Source of the DNA: a virus
Virus record (IMG/VR): IMGVR_UViG_3300033149_006567
Coordinates: 33,843-97,842 of that record
Strand: one strand, 5' to 3'
Length of the DNA: 64,000 bases
The translations under genes were made by a program, and so were the position numbers. A model generated the notes under the pieces. It ran no database searches and was not told the DNA's origin. It saw only the letters and a list, made by a program, of their open reading frames with translations. Below are positions 39,381 through 49,202 of the stretch, piece by piece. Position 1 is the stretch's first letter. Each line of letters begins with the position of its first letter.

Positions 39381-39712
39381 CTATCTTTTCCAAGTATCAG
39401 TTCCAAGATTCTTTGTACGGTTTTCGCGATATCGTCGACTTTTTTCTCGGTATTTTCTGTTTTTTCTTTGATAGTCGCTATATCTGAAACGAGTGTGCTG
39501 ACCTTTTTGGCCGTAGAAGACCGCTCTTCGTAAGCAATTTTGACGTCCTCTTTGAGGCCGTCTATCTCTGCGCTTTTTCCTCCGTAAGAATACGCAAAGG
39601 ATCCTAGGGAGGTCAATAGGGCTACTGCCGATGCTATGGCTGTTATATACGAGAATAGTTTTAATTTTTCTTTTGAAGGAGAGTCAGTGTTTTTCGCGAC
39701 GGCTTTGGGCAT
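39377..39712 (-). CDS. Membrane-anchored coiled-coil protein (lysis/virion-associated?)
   Basis: One TM segment followed by heptad repeats. Confidence 0.45.
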   Translation of the reverse strand: MPKAVAKNTDSPSKEKLKLFSYITAIASAVALLTSLGSFAYSYGGKSAEIDGLKEDVKIAYEERSSTAKKVSTLVSDIATIKEKTENTEKKVDDIAKTVQRILELILGKDR

Positions 39713-39744
39713 GAGAGGCTCCCGAAATCATTATCCTGTAAATA

Positions 39745-39773
39745 AGTATATCATTTTCCTTTGAGCTTGACAA
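39745..39773 (-). promoter_or_regulatory. Leftward sigma70-like promoter
   Basis: Minus strand TTGTCA-N17-TATACT with TG extension. Confidence 0.6.
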
Positions 39774-39796
39774 GCTGGGGGTAAGCGCGATATAAT
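39767..39796 (+). promoter_or_regulatory. Rightward consensus sigma70 promoter
   Basis: TTGACA-N18-TATAAT in the divergent intergenic region. Confidence 0.75.
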
Positions 39797-39856
39797 AGAC
39801 AGGTAACTGCCTAGGAGTTTTCGTGTTTTCCCGTTCACAGCCAAGAGGAGTAAGAG

Positions 39857-40033
39857 ATGCCGATGTACGACTATGTCTGTACTGAGTGCGGAAGGGTTCA
39901 GGAAAAAACTCACAAAATTTCAGAAAATAATACCGAGCCCTGTGAAGAATGCGGGGCTCCTCCAGAAAGTCTAGAGAAAAAATTTTCTTCTTTTTCCAAA
40001 CATGTTAGCTGGACGACCTGGAGAGTGCGATGA
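39857..40033 (+). CDS. FmdB-family zinc-ribbon protein (58 aa, absent from the ORF track)
   Basis: GAGGAG RBS; MPMYDYVCTECG...EPCEECG; stop overlaps the next ATG. Confidence 0.8.
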   Translation: MPMYDYVCTECGRVQEKTHKISENNTEPCEECGAPPESLEKKFSSFSKHVSWTTWRVR

Positions 40034-41001
40034 AATCTTTTTTGAAAAAACATTGGAAGGCTATTTTGCGAATATTTTTTGCACTTCTTGCGGGCTTAGC
40101 CATACTGTGGGGGCTTCGAGAAGTGCGAGATTTGATTACCTCCAATTTTGAAAGGGGAGAGTCCCTCGCATTAGCTCAGACAGACCTCGAAGCGGCTGAA
40201 ACTTATGGGGTATTTACCCGCAAAAAACTCCGAGAGGTTCAGGCTAAGTACAAGGGCCTCTTAGATGACTATAATGACAGAGTTTCTGCATATGCGGAAC
40301 TTAAGGCCGAATACGACTATCAGCAAAGCCACCAAGTTTCTGCTACTTCATCTGTTCCAGATGGAAATTCTCTCTCCATTGACGGCTGTTCTGTAGAAAA
40401 GTGCTACAAGATGCTGGAAGGAGAGAGCTTCAGCATAGAATACGCCGACTACCATATTGAAATTACCGGGAAATTTTGGCGCTCCTATGGGTCGAAATGG
40501 AACTGTGCGTTGGGATACATACTTCATCAGCGTTTTGCCCTCGAAATTTTGGAAACAGAAAACCTGGATACTGGCAAAAAGAAAATGCATGCCTCTCTTT
40601 ATGAGCTAGACGGAGAAGAGAAGGCCATCAGGCTTAAAGTAAAAGAGTTTAAGGTGGTCCACAACTATGAAGGCCAAAAAGTCGGGATGGTTTGGTGGGC
40701 TCCTAATATAAAGCTTGGGATCCATCAGCCTCTTTATACCACCACCAGCTGGTTCCCAGCAGGAACGCTGGGAGTTTCCTTTAGCAAATATGTATCCCCC
40801 AAAAGGGGCGATATACTTAATTTCTTCCAGGTGGGAGTCGGGTTCAGCCCCAAGAAGGATTTTAAATTTATGATAACTCCAGTCTCGTATAATTTAGGAG
40901 CTTATATACCCTTAATAAGCGACTTATGGCTTGGAGCAGACCTAGGTGTCAATTTGGAGAGTAAACTGTCTTTCGGTATATCACTTACTACGAACTTGTG
41001 A
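40030..41001 (+). CDS. Membrane-anchored hypothetical protein
   Basis: N-terminal TM, coiled coil, beta-strand-rich C-terminus. Confidence 0.5.
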   Translation: MKSFLKKHWKAILRIFFALLAGLAILWGLREVRDLITSNFERGESLALAQTDLEAAETYGVFTRKKLREVQAKYKGLLDDYNDRVSAYAELKAEYDYQQSHQVSATSSVPDGNSLSIDGCSVEKCYKMLEGESFSIEYADYHIEITGKFWRSYGSKWNCALGYILHQRFALEILETENLDTGKKKMHASLYELDGEEKAIRLKVKEFKVVHNYEGQKVGMVWWAPNIKLGIHQPLYTTTSWFPAGTLGVSFSKYVSPKRGDILNFFQVGVGFSPKKDFKFMITPVSYNLGAYIPLISDLWLGADLGVNLESKLSFGISLTTNL

Positions 41002-41013
41002 AAGGACTTACGA

Positions 41014-41328
41014 ATGCTGGTCAAAGTATGTAAGACAGAATATGGAGAATTTGGTGAAATAACAGACATTCCAGAAGAGGCCATAAGGCAAAACTGCACT
41101 TATATAGCTGCTCGAAATGGACAGCTTACAAGGGCTTTATTGCGGGCGCTTCAGGCGACAGGCTGGTGGGAACTTAAGGCGGCTGGATTTTTAGATCCTA
41201 GAGGACGCATAATTTCTGAGAAATTTCTTTCGTTTGATATTGTTTACTTTGCCCACCCCTCGAGGGTCTATAGGCCCGTGCGAAAAGTTTACGAACAATT
41301 GATCGAGGCGGTGAGAAAGCTCGTATGA
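41014..41328 (+). CDS. Hypothetical protein
   Basis: AAGGA RBS; operon packing. Confidence 0.5.
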   Translation: MLVKVCKTEYGEFGEITDIPEEAIRQNCTYIAARNGQLTRALLRALQATGWWELKAAGFLDPRGRIISEKFLSFDIVYFAHPSRVYRPVRKVYEQLIEAVRKLV

Positions 41329-42077
41329 GAATTTCTTTAAGAGACATAGAGCTCTACTCGAGATGCCCCCTTCTTTGCCAGCGAGAGCAAGGTGGCGGGA
41401 CAACTCCTGCAGTATTTTCTCCTGGTATTTTTTCTCACCAGGAGAGGGGGTCGCTGTACCACCAGATTATCTATGGAGCGTATTCTCATCGCTTACTTGC
41501 CGGGAAGGATTTGGAGTGGCGCTTTATCCGGAAAAGATTGAGTTCTTTTTATGCAAAACCTATGTCTCGGATGGCTTCCAATTCCGTTGAATACGGCAAG
41601 CTAAAAGACTCCCTAGAAGTCGAAATAGCCCGTTTAATAAATTGGTATAAGAACTATTATAGGCGAGACCTGCGGAGTGGACTTCCTCACTTGGAGGCAA
41701 ACGTTCAAGTAGGAAATGTAAGTATAGTTAACATCCTTCCTTTGTACCTAACTAAGGCGGGACGAAAAGAAAGCTGTCTATTTTGGCCCGTAGTATCTCC
41801 AGACAGAGTGGACGTAAAGGGACTATATAACGATATATACGTAAGGGCCTCTCTTTGGCTGGCTTCTAGATATCTTGGGGCGGAAGTCACCTCTTTCGAG
41901 GTCATGTATTTTAACGGGAATGTTTTAAAAAAGGAGGAGATGAACGTTCATAAAGGAAATGATTCTATTGGTCGGGTAATACAAAATATTGCCAGAGGAA
42001 TTGGCGAAAGGATATTTTATCCTTCAAGAGGAGCGCACTGCGGGCAGTGTGTACATAAAGAGGAGTGTGTGCTATGA
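41325..42077 (+). CDS. Divergent PD-(D/E)XK/Cas4-like protein, possibly inactive
   Basis: N-terminal YSRCP and C-terminal FYP...CGQC...C staple; catalytic D/ExK residues not evident. Confidence 0.5.
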   Translation: MRISLRDIELYSRCPLLCQREQGGGTTPAVFSPGIFSHQERGSLYHQIIYGAYSHRLLAGKDLEWRFIRKRLSSFYAKPMSRMASNSVEYGKLKDSLEVEIARLINWYKNYYRRDLRSGLPHLEANVQVGNVSIVNILPLYLTKAGRKESCLFWPVVSPDRVDVKGLYNDIYVRASLWLASRYLGAEVTSFEVMYFNGNVLKKEEMNVHKGNDSIGRVIQNIARGIGERIFYPSRGAHCGQCVHKEECVL

Positions 42078-42229
42078 GTATTGAATTCGTTGATAGTGAA
42101 GGAAAAGTTGTCTTTGTGCAACGCGATAAGGATAGGCAGCCTATCCCTATTGAAAAGCTCAGGGGCATTGAAGGCTCTGAAGACAAGGAATCCCCAGAAG
42201 ACGAAGAGGAGGAAGAAGATGCCGTTTGA
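42074..42229 (+). CDS. Small acidic protein (51 aa, absent from the ORF track)
   Basis: GAGGAG RBS; ATGA overlap; MSIEFVDSEGKVVFVQ...EEEEEDAV. Confidence 0.5.
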   Translation: MSIEFVDSEGKVVFVQRDKDRQPIPIEKLRGIEGSEDKESPEDEEEEEDAV

Positions 42230-42575
42230 TTGGAGTAAACCGAAACGTCGAGAGAGAGAATTGATAGTTTGCGAGGAGTGTGGAGGAACTTATTTCGAAG
42301 CAGTTGATGCTTCTCAGTATTTTGCCGATCACTCGGTGGTGCTGGGACAACAGATTCCTCCTCGACCAGATCAAGCTCCTTTTCAATTTTTGAGGTGCAT
42401 ATTATGCGGAAAGCTCCGGGAACCTAACGTGTTGCGCGGTGCCAGAGACTGTATGAACGAAAAGTACGATGCTTTTCTGGATCAACTTGAAGAAAAGAAA
42501 GAAAAAGAGAAGATAGAGAAGGAGTCTAAGGAGAAAATTGTCGAAAAGGAAGTAATTCCCGCAGAGGACCTTTGA
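42219..42575 (+). CDS. Zinc-ribbon protein
   Basis: GGAGG RBS before MPFDW; CEEC...CILC. Confidence 0.55.
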   Translation: MPFDWSKPKRRERELIVCEECGGTYFEAVDASQYFADHSVVLGQQIPPRPDQAPFQFLRCILCGKLREPNVLRGARDCMNEKYDAFLDQLEEKKEKEKIEKESKEKIVEKEVIPAEDL

Positions 42576-42919
42576 TGCGATTCAAAGTCAAAAATACAGA
42601 TCTTTTTCTAATGCCAGGCAACCCCCATATGCTTCACCTGGCCACCGTTTCCTATGGGCTGAGAGAATTTGTGGCAATGGTATGCCTAAAGGGTCCCAAG
42701 CAGGGGTGCTGTTACATAGAAGAGGTTGTGTTAAATACGGTAGATTTTACTACAGATGTTTTTGCAAATTTAAAATTCATAGAAGATGACGAGCTTGCTT
42801 TTGATTTAGCTAAGTTTTTAGAGGATAGACAGGTCTTGGATATTCCCAAACGAATTGAGGAAATAATGACCTTCCCCGCCTATGCCTCGATCAGGAGACA
42901 GCTTTCGGGAGAAACATGA
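42572..42919 (+). CDS. Hypothetical protein
   Basis: Overlapping operon packing. Confidence 0.5.
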   Translation: MMRFKVKNTDLFLMPGNPHMLHLATVSYGLREFVAMVCLKGPKQGCCYIEEVVLNTVDFTTDVFANLKFIEDDELAFDLAKFLEDRQVLDIPKRIEEIMTFPAYASIRRQLSGET

Positions 42920-43572
42920 TGAGAATCAAGATCGGGTTGTTTGCTTTTTTAGTGTTCTTTCTGGTGGCATGCAGTAATCATTTGTATATAACTCCGTCTC
43001 ATCAGGCAACTCGTCATTGGTGTTGGGCTTCTACCCTAGTGATGCTAGCTAAACACTATAAAGGTTTTCAGGTAAATGACTGCGAAATGGTTAGTGCGAT
43101 TAACGAGGAGACAGGGAGAACCTTCTTTTGCTGTGACAACCCAGACGGTGATTGCCTAAGGGGGGGGTATCCTTCAGACGTGATGATAGGACTAGAAAAC
43201 GTTCTTAAAATAAAATATCGCCTTGTTTATCGTGCGGCTGAATTCGATGAGATAATATCCTCCATTAATGCCGGAAATCCCATTTTGATACTGAGGTATT
43301 ATATATGGGGCGGAGGACATGCTCAATTGATAACAGGATACAATTGGAGAGACAAGACCATTTTGGTGGCAGATCCTACACATGGGAAAGAACTAAGGGT
43401 TCCCTTTGATAAGTTTACTTCAAGCGTAAGGCGGGGTGTGTGGCGAACCACATTTTTTATCACTGACACCCCTCTTCCTTATGACGCAAAGCCTATGTGT
43501 GAGTGGCTCTGCGCAGAGGGGGACTGCTTTAGGATGCGATGTAAATCGCGGGAGGACTATCTGTCCCAGTGA
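42916..43572 (+). CDS. Lipoprotein with papain-like (C39-like) cysteine peptidase domain
   Basis: Lipobox LVAC; Q...WCWA, GGHAQLITGY, VADP. Confidence 0.7.
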   Translation: MMRIKIGLFAFLVFFLVACSNHLYITPSHQATRHWCWASTLVMLAKHYKGFQVNDCEMVSAINEETGRTFFCCDNPDGDCLRGGYPSDVMIGLENVLKIKYRLVYRAAEFDEIISSINAGNPILILRYYIWGGGHAQLITGYNWRDKTILVADPTHGKELRVPFDKFTSSVRRGVWRTTFFITDTPLPYDAKPMCEWLCAEGDCFRMRCKSREDYLSQ

Positions 43573-44006
43573 AGTTAAGTCGGTTAAAATATGCCTACAG
43601 AGAGTCAGCCAGTCAATTACATATAGCTGTCGGCGAAGCCCTTCGGAATTCTCCCTATTTCCAGAACTATCGCATATATCAGGAGTATCCCGTGTCCCGA
43701 GTAAACTCTGACTATTATTTTAGTCGGGAACATTTTGATTTTGTTCTTCCAGAACTTCACCTGGTAATAGAGGCCCACGGCATGCAGCATTTTCGTCCCT
43801 CCAGTTTTGGGAGAGAGGAAACGGACACCCTAGAAAAGTTTTCAGAGCAAAAGAAAAGGGATAGGAGAAAGCGGCAGGCAGCCCTAGAGGCCGGATATCT
43901 CTACTTGGTGGTCACCTATAAGGAATTAAAAAAAATAACCGGTGATTTCCTTTGGGATAGGTATATGTCTCTTTGGGAGTCAGAGGAGGAATTCGATGGG
44001 AGTTAA
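43569..44006 (+). CDS. Vsr/DUF559-like endonuclease
   Basis: QEYP...FDFVLP...VIEAHGMQH...RDRRKR. Confidence 0.65.
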   Translation: MKLSRLKYAYRESASQLHIAVGEALRNSPYFQNYRIYQEYPVSRVNSDYYFSREHFDFVLPELHLVIEAHGMQHFRPSSFGREETDTLEKFSEQKKRDRRKRQAALEAGYLYLVVTYKELKKITGDFLWDRYMSLWESEEEFDGS

Positions 44007-44715
44007 AATTAAAAATCTTGTTGACGTTTTACCTAGGCACCCAGTTAAAAAGTATAAAACGCGAGCTATTTCGGATATTAAGCGCTTAGTTCTCCATTGC
44101 ACTCCACCATTTGTTGAAAGTCCAGAGCAAATAGCCAACTATGATATAAGTCCAACCACTGTTTGGCCAGATGGAGTGGTCCGGGAGAATCACATATCGA
44201 AAGACGGCTGTCCCGCTTGCACCTATACTTATCTCATTAAAAGGCTGGACATATGGCAAACGTTAAATCTCGATGAAATAGGATGGCATGCAGGGGTTTG
44301 GAATAAAGGATCTGTCGGAATAGGCTTGCTCTATAATCCCTGTGACCTTGACGGAGTTGATGACGGTAGTATTGAACCTCCTTCTACTACGTATAACTCT
44401 GCTGTTAGACTTTGCGGAGCCCTTGCTCTTAAATTGGGTCTATCTCCCGATGAAGTTGTTGGACATCGGGAGCTCAGGGGGACTGGCTGGTTTATGTTTA
44501 AGGGGTCGAAAAGATTGAGGAAAACTTGTCCTGGTCTGTCAATTGACATGAAAGAGTTTCGACACAAAGTCGCGAAGAACATGCAGTGGACCCTAGCTCT
44601 TCTTAAGGCGTACAGGGGGGAAGTTGATGGCATTTGGGGTCCTCAGTCTCGGGCCGCTTTACATTATTTCTGGCTGGCTAACTTTAGAAAGAGGGATCTA
44701 GTTTATGAGCAGTAG
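43996..44715 (+). CDS. N-acetylmuramoyl-L-alanine amidase (endolysin) with a peptidoglycan-binding tail
   Basis: VLHCT, IGWHAG, VVGHRE, KTCPG; C-terminal VDGIWGPQSRAAL. Confidence 0.8.
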   Translation: MGVKIKNLVDVLPRHPVKKYKTRAISDIKRLVLHCTPPFVESPEQIANYDISPTTVWPDGVVRENHISKDGCPACTYTYLIKRLDIWQTLNLDEIGWHAGVWNKGSVGIGLLYNPCDLDGVDDGSIEPPSTTYNSAVRLCGALALKLGLSPDEVVGHRELRGTGWFMFKGSKRLRKTCPGLSIDMKEFRHKVAKNMQWTLALLKAYRGEVDGIWGPQSRAALHYFWLANFRKRDLVYEQ

Positions 44716-45292
44716 GAATCGTTTTCAAAAAGTTATCTGGAGTCAAGTCGAAGAGCGCTTTTTAAAAAGGAATCGGGATAAACTTCCTTTAACTCAGCTT
44801 ACTCAAGAACTTGCCAAGTCAGTTAGTGCCATCAAGAGAAAGTTGGACGAATTTGACGGCAAACCAGCTCCAATCAAAAAAAATAAAGTGTCTCGAATAG
44901 GACGTCGCAAGGACTTGGGCATTTCGGTTAGATCGGGCTGGGAGGCGAATTGCCTGAGATACCTTAATCATTTAGAAATTAAATGGGAATACGAGCCTGA
45001 AGTTTTTTTCTTTGAGGGGATTAAGCATGGGACAGTTTCCTATACCCCCGACATTTATTTGCCCGAGAAAGATATCTGGATTGAGGTAAAAGGACAGTTA
45101 ATCCCGAAGGCTCGCACAGCCATCCGGAGATTCAAGAAGCATTATCCTAAAAAATTTAAAAGACTTCAAATGATAGTTGGCAGGCTCAACACAAAAGCCG
45201 ATAAATTCGCCAAGCAAATGAAGATACCCATCTTCGCGTACTACAATGAGCTGGACAAAGAATTTAAGGATGTGATCAAGTATTGGGAATAG
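44705..45292 (+). CDS. T7 endonuclease I-like / PD-(D/E)XK nuclease with N-terminal HTH
   Basis: RSGWE, WEYEP, YTPD, IEVKG. Confidence 0.7.
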   Translation: MSSRNRFQKVIWSQVEERFLKRNRDKLPLTQLTQELAKSVSAIKRKLDEFDGKPAPIKKNKVSRIGRRKDLGISVRSGWEANCLRYLNHLEIKWEYEPEVFFFEGIKHGTVSYTPDIYLPEKDIWIEVKGQLIPKARTAIRRFKKHYPKKFKRLQMIVGRLNTKADKFAKQMKIPIFAYYNELDKEFKDVIKYWE

Positions 45293-45918
45293 ACACCACA
45301 GACGTTCTTCTCTCCCACAGAAAGACTGCTCAGAAACTTTTTCGCCTTACCACCGGCACTTACCATAAATTAGATTCTTACCGAAAACATTTCTATAGTT
45401 TTCTCGGCAACCCTCCAGAGGGGATTGAAGCCGCTCTCCAGGACTTACTCGGCACTTCTTGGGAGCCAGAAGACATATACCAGGAAATTTATCTAGAATT
45501 CCACAAGACTGTTTTAAGATATTTCTCCCGAAAAGGCCGAAAAACGCGCAGGAGGCCCTATAGCCTAAAAAAACTACTCTACCTAAGGGGGACCCTCCGT
45601 CTCACCACGATCATTCGTCAGAAGCTAACCTCGAGACAACGAGAGGCACTTCTGGCCCCGTTACCCCCCCCTGCTCAGCCCGCGCCACTGAGCCCCCTAG
45701 GCGCCATTGCCCCGAATCGATTATTTAAGATATGTTCTCATTTAACACACCTTCCCATTAGAGACAGAGTATTTCTCTACAGATTTTTAGTCGAAGATAA
45801 ATCTCTTAATGAACTCAAGAGTGAGTTCGGTGGAGAATATAAGAATTTAAGAGAAATACTTGATCGGGTAGGGGAAGCTTTGTATCCTGAACTTACTCGG
45901 AAGTTTCAGTCTCGGTAA
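45283..45918 (+). CDS. Possible divergent sigma-factor-like protein
   Basis: EDIYQEIYL (region 2-like) and LPIRDR...KSLNEL (region 4-like); weak. Confidence 0.35.
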   Translation: MGIDTTDVLLSHRKTAQKLFRLTTGTYHKLDSYRKHFYSFLGNPPEGIEAALQDLLGTSWEPEDIYQEIYLEFHKTVLRYFSRKGRKTRRRPYSLKKLLYLRGTLRLTTIIRQKLTSRQREALLAPLPPPAQPAPLSPLGAIAPNRLFKICSHLTHLPIRDRVFLYRFLVEDKSLNELKSEFGGEYKNLREILDRVGEALYPELTRKFQSR

Positions 45919-46444
45919 TTTCTTCTCTGGCAACATCTTCGACGGTTTCTTCTTCGGGAATATCGACCGCGTCAGATTCTTCCCATTCCTGCTTAAGATG
46001 TCTCATCTTTTCGTTCCATGCTTTGTCCATCTCTTCTCTGTTTATTACCTTTTTGTCTAGCAGGACAGTAAATAGTGTAGCCGTCTGCTGGCGCATAAAG
46101 AAATTGTTTGCCTTCTCTTCTTCAAGTCCCTGAATCAGATTGGCCACGTCATTAAGCAGCATGTTAATTACCGTCTCATGTGCCTTCAGAACAGAAAACA
46201 GAGCCCCGATACACTTCTTTACATCCCCCTTGCTTAGGGGATTTTTGGCGAGTTTCCTCGCGAGAGTATTTATGGCAGCATTTTTTTCCTCTTTCATTTT
46301 GGTAAATATCTCTACTTGTTTTTCCTGTTCAGCCTTGCGAGAATCCTCTGTGCTGGACAAACGCTCCCCATCGGGACCTACGATACTCGAGTCGCCAGGA
46401 TCGCCGCTTAGAGGACGTCCTGAGAGATCTACTACCTTACCCAT
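45893..46444 (-). CDS. Hypothetical helical protein
   Basis: AGGAGG RBS; 183 aa. Confidence 0.55.
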   Translation of the reverse strand: MGKVVDLSGRPLSGDPGDSSIVGPDGERLSSTEDSRKAEQEKQVEIFTKMKEEKNAAINTLARKLAKNPLSKGDVKKCIGALFSVLKAHETVINMLLNDVANLIQGLEEEKANNFFMRQQTATLFTVLLDKKVINREEMDKAWNEKMRHLKQEWEESDAVDIPEEETVEDVAREEITETETSE

Positions 46445-47066
46445 TGATAACCTCCTGGATTAATTGTTTGAACTTAAGGGCGTGAGCCCACATTTTCCTC
46501 TTCGTCTGTTCGTGAAAATCTTTCCCCCTTTTTTTGGAGTGCAAAAGATAACTGGGATGATACATAAAAAACAGCTTTATCTGCTGGCCACTAGGGGCCG
46601 TCCAATTTCTGCTGGAGCCTACGTAATCTCCCACTCTTATTTGAGGTTCTTTCAGAAAGGCCTTAATCGCGGATCCTCCCAGGAGACAAATAACCCTGGG
46701 CTTTAGTAGCACTATTTCTCTTTCCAAGAATCTAGAGCAAGTGTCAATAATCTCTCGAGTAGGGGACAGGTTCTCTCTTCCAGATCCTTTTGGCGCTCGG
46801 GGGCGAGCCTTGACTACGTTGGTGACATAAAACTCCTTCAGCCCTATCCCTTCCACCATTTGGTCAAATATTTTCCCGGCAGGACCTACGAAAGGGACGC
46901 CCTCTCTTTCTTCTATCTTACCCGGGGCTTCTCCAATAAACCACACCTTTGCATCTGGACTTCCTCGATAGATGACATGTCTTTTAAATTCCGGATCTTG
47001 TCCCAGAGGACAATCTCTGCAGAGATGGATCTCTTTCACTAGTTGTTGAAAAAGTTTAGTTTTCAT
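46437..47066 (-). CDS. Uracil-DNA glycosylase, family 4
   Basis: CRDC, GEAPG, PFVGPAG, TNVVK, YHPSY. Confidence 0.9.
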   Translation of the reverse strand: MKTKLFQQLVKEIHLCRDCPLGQDPEFKRHVIYRGSPDAKVWFIGEAPGKIEEREGVPFVGPAGKIFDQMVEGIGLKEFYVTNVVKARPRAPKGSGRENLSPTREIIDTCSRFLEREIVLLKPRVICLLGGSAIKAFLKEPQIRVGDYVGSSRNWTAPSGQQIKLFFMYHPSYLLHSKKRGKDFHEQTKRKMWAHALKFKQLIQEVING

Positions 47067-47105
47067 TCGGATGTTCCTATTCGATAAATTGTAATTACAA
47101 AAGGT

Positions 47106-47135
47106 ATGTTAACACAAAAGGGTATATGAAGGCAA
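47106..47135 (-). promoter_or_regulatory. Possible sigma70-like promoter for the UDG gene
   Basis: Minus strand TTGCCT-N18-TAACAT with TG extension. Confidence 0.4.
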
Positions 47136-47177
47136 GAACTATTTAGCCCAAAAGGACGTAAGGCTTTGCATAAAGAA

Positions 47178-48026
47178 TCAGGTTTCAAAAACATCAGCGA
47201 ATAAGGCAGCCACGGGAGAACGTTCACATTTAGAAAGCTCCACGACCGCCACTAATTCGCTGGCCTTGGCGAGAGGGTCATTGATAAAGCGAGCGATACC
47301 AGTTTTTTCTATGGTTATCTTTTCATCTCGCTGAAGCATATCGCCCATGATGACTATTTTGCTTTTTTCACCCACTCGAGTGCCGAGCGTAACTAACTCG
47401 TGGAAGTCGAGGCATTGTGCTTCATCCCCGATAACAAAAGAGTCCCACCAAGAGGCCCCTCGAATGAGCTGTAGAGGAATAAAATCCATACGGGCAGATT
47501 CCTCTAGCATTTCTAGGTCTGGAGCTCCAGTGATTTGTTCGATGTTATTGATATAGTTCTGCAGATAAGGCCCAAATTTTTCTTTTATATCACCTGGAAG
47601 TATGCCCAGCTCTCTCTTCCCTACCTGACTCATGGGCCGAGTAAGTATCATTCTCTGATACTCTTCTTTCCGAATTTTTTCAAAAGCACATGCCATGGCG
47701 CAGATGGTTTTTCCCGTCCCGGCCCTTCCCGTGAGAACTACAACAGGAACTGAATCGTCCAATAAGACATCCATGGCCATTACTTGTTCTTTATTCCGAG
47801 GTCGGATTCCTGCGGCCCGAAGCTTGGGGTCAACAAGATAAAGTTCGGTGTTTTTGACTCGAGTAATTGCAGATTGGCTTTCGCCATTTTTTAGAACAAC
47901 GAACATGTTCGGATAGAGGGCGTGTCGTCTGTCGGGAATTTCGACCTTTCCTTTGGCGTAGATTTCGTCTATTAGTTCAGATTGCACAGAAAGCTCTTTA
48001 ATGCCAGTGTACAGCTTGGTGCTCAT
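47178..48026 (-). CDS. phoH: PhoH-family ATPase
   Basis: PRNKEQ, GRAGTGKT, LGILPG, IRGAS, DEAQ, TRVGE, GD.LQ.D. Confidence 0.9.
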   Translation of the reverse strand: MSTKLYTGIKELSVQSELIDEIYAKGKVEIPDRRHALYPNMFVVLKNGESQSAITRVKNTELYLVDPKLRAAGIRPRNKEQVMAMDVLLDDSVPVVVLTGRAGTGKTICAMACAFEKIRKEEYQRMILTRPMSQVGKRELGILPGDIKEKFGPYLQNYINNIEQITGAPDLEMLEESARMDFIPLQLIRGASWWDSFVIGDEAQCLDFHELVTLGTRVGEKSKIVIMGDMLQRDEKITIEKTGIARFINDPLAKASELVAVVELSKCERSPVAALFADVFET

Positions 48027-48052
48027 TCAGCATTATCCTTTCAGCAGATTGT

Positions 48053-49135
48053 TTAGAATTCTCCTGTTACGTCAGGAAATATAGAATGGGATTCGGCTTT
48101 AAGAGTTAACTTGGCGAGTCCGACAGGAGTCGGGGTATAGAGCTTTTTGAGGGCATACATAGGAAAGTTAAGAATGCATCCGGTTCGAATGCAAAAAAAC
48201 TTTTTGATACCCGCTTGGGTGTAGTGTACCCCAGGGGAGGCCCTAAGTCTATGGTCGTGCCCAAGGCAGTACACATCTGCTCCGGGGAGGGTATTTCTCA
48301 GGCTTTCGAACTCTCTGTCATTAGAGAGGGCAGCACTTTGTCCATGATTCGTTACGAAGAGATAGCCTTGTGCTCCAGACGAAGATTTAACTGTAACCTT
48401 TAGATAGTTAGGGGCAGCATGGAAGTGGGCCCCGAACATATCGGCCATCAATCTAGTGAGAGAAATACTGGTAGACTTGACTATGCGTTCTTCGTGATTT
48501 CCCTCTATTAACCAGAGGGCTTTATGACTGACTGGCTTGAGAATAGCAAGCAAGCCTCGGAATTGATCTTCTGGGGTAAGTTTTTGACCCCATGTAGGGA
48601 TCTTATAGTTGGCGGGAATAGACTCAAGAAGGTCTCCCATGCCGAACCAATAGCAGTTCTTTTTGTTTTTAATATAGTCAACTACGCCGAGAAGATACTC
48701 CTCATTGCATTGATGGTTTCCAAAATGAACGTCACCTATCGGAATAAGCTCTACGGCTTTAGATTTTCCGACATCGAGAGTGAACTCCTTGACTTGTCCG
48801 GTATACTGTAAAAGATTTTTCTCGGGTTCTAAGGGAACGACATCCGTCGGTATTTCAGCCCGTCGAAAAACTTGGTTAACCTCGCCTATTGAAGAGGCCA
48901 GGTTTTCTTCGGCGAAACCTGACGCTAACACCTCATTGATGGCTTCTGTCTCTTCTTCGTTAAGTTTTACAGAAAAGGGAGAGGAACCGGATCTTTGGGA
49001 CTGTTTTTCTATGGCCGCGTAAGTTCTTTTATAGCCCAATTCGTCGAAAATGGTTTTTATTTGCTTCAGAGACGCTTTGGGTGGATGCAGATATTGGAGA
49101 AGCTCTAATTCTCTGTCTGTCCATTTAATGCTCAT
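48053..49135 (-). CDS. Calcineurin-like metallophosphoesterase with N-terminal HTH-like region
   Basis: GDVH, GDL, GNHE, GHDH; AGGAGG RBS before MSIKW. Confidence 0.75.
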   Translation of the reverse strand: MSIKWTDRELELLQYLHPPKASLKQIKTIFDELGYKRTYAAIEKQSQRSGSSPFSVKLNEEETEAINEVLASGFAEENLASSIGEVNQVFRRAEIPTDVVPLEPEKNLLQYTGQVKEFTLDVGKSKAVELIPIGDVHFGNHQCNEEYLLGVVDYIKNKKNCYWFGMGDLLESIPANYKIPTWGQKLTPEDQFRGLLAILKPVSHKALWLIEGNHEERIVKSTSISLTRLMADMFGAHFHAAPNYLKVTVKSSSGAQGYLFVTNHGQSAALSNDREFESLRNTLPGADVYCLGHDHRLRASPGVHYTQAGIKKFFCIRTGCILNFPMYALKKLYTPTPVGLAKLTLKAESHSIFPDVTGEF

Positions 49136-49202
49136 TCTGACCTCCTGGCCTAAATTCTCTTCCCCCATTATAACATGGCCTGTCCGTAACGGACAGACAT
49201 TT

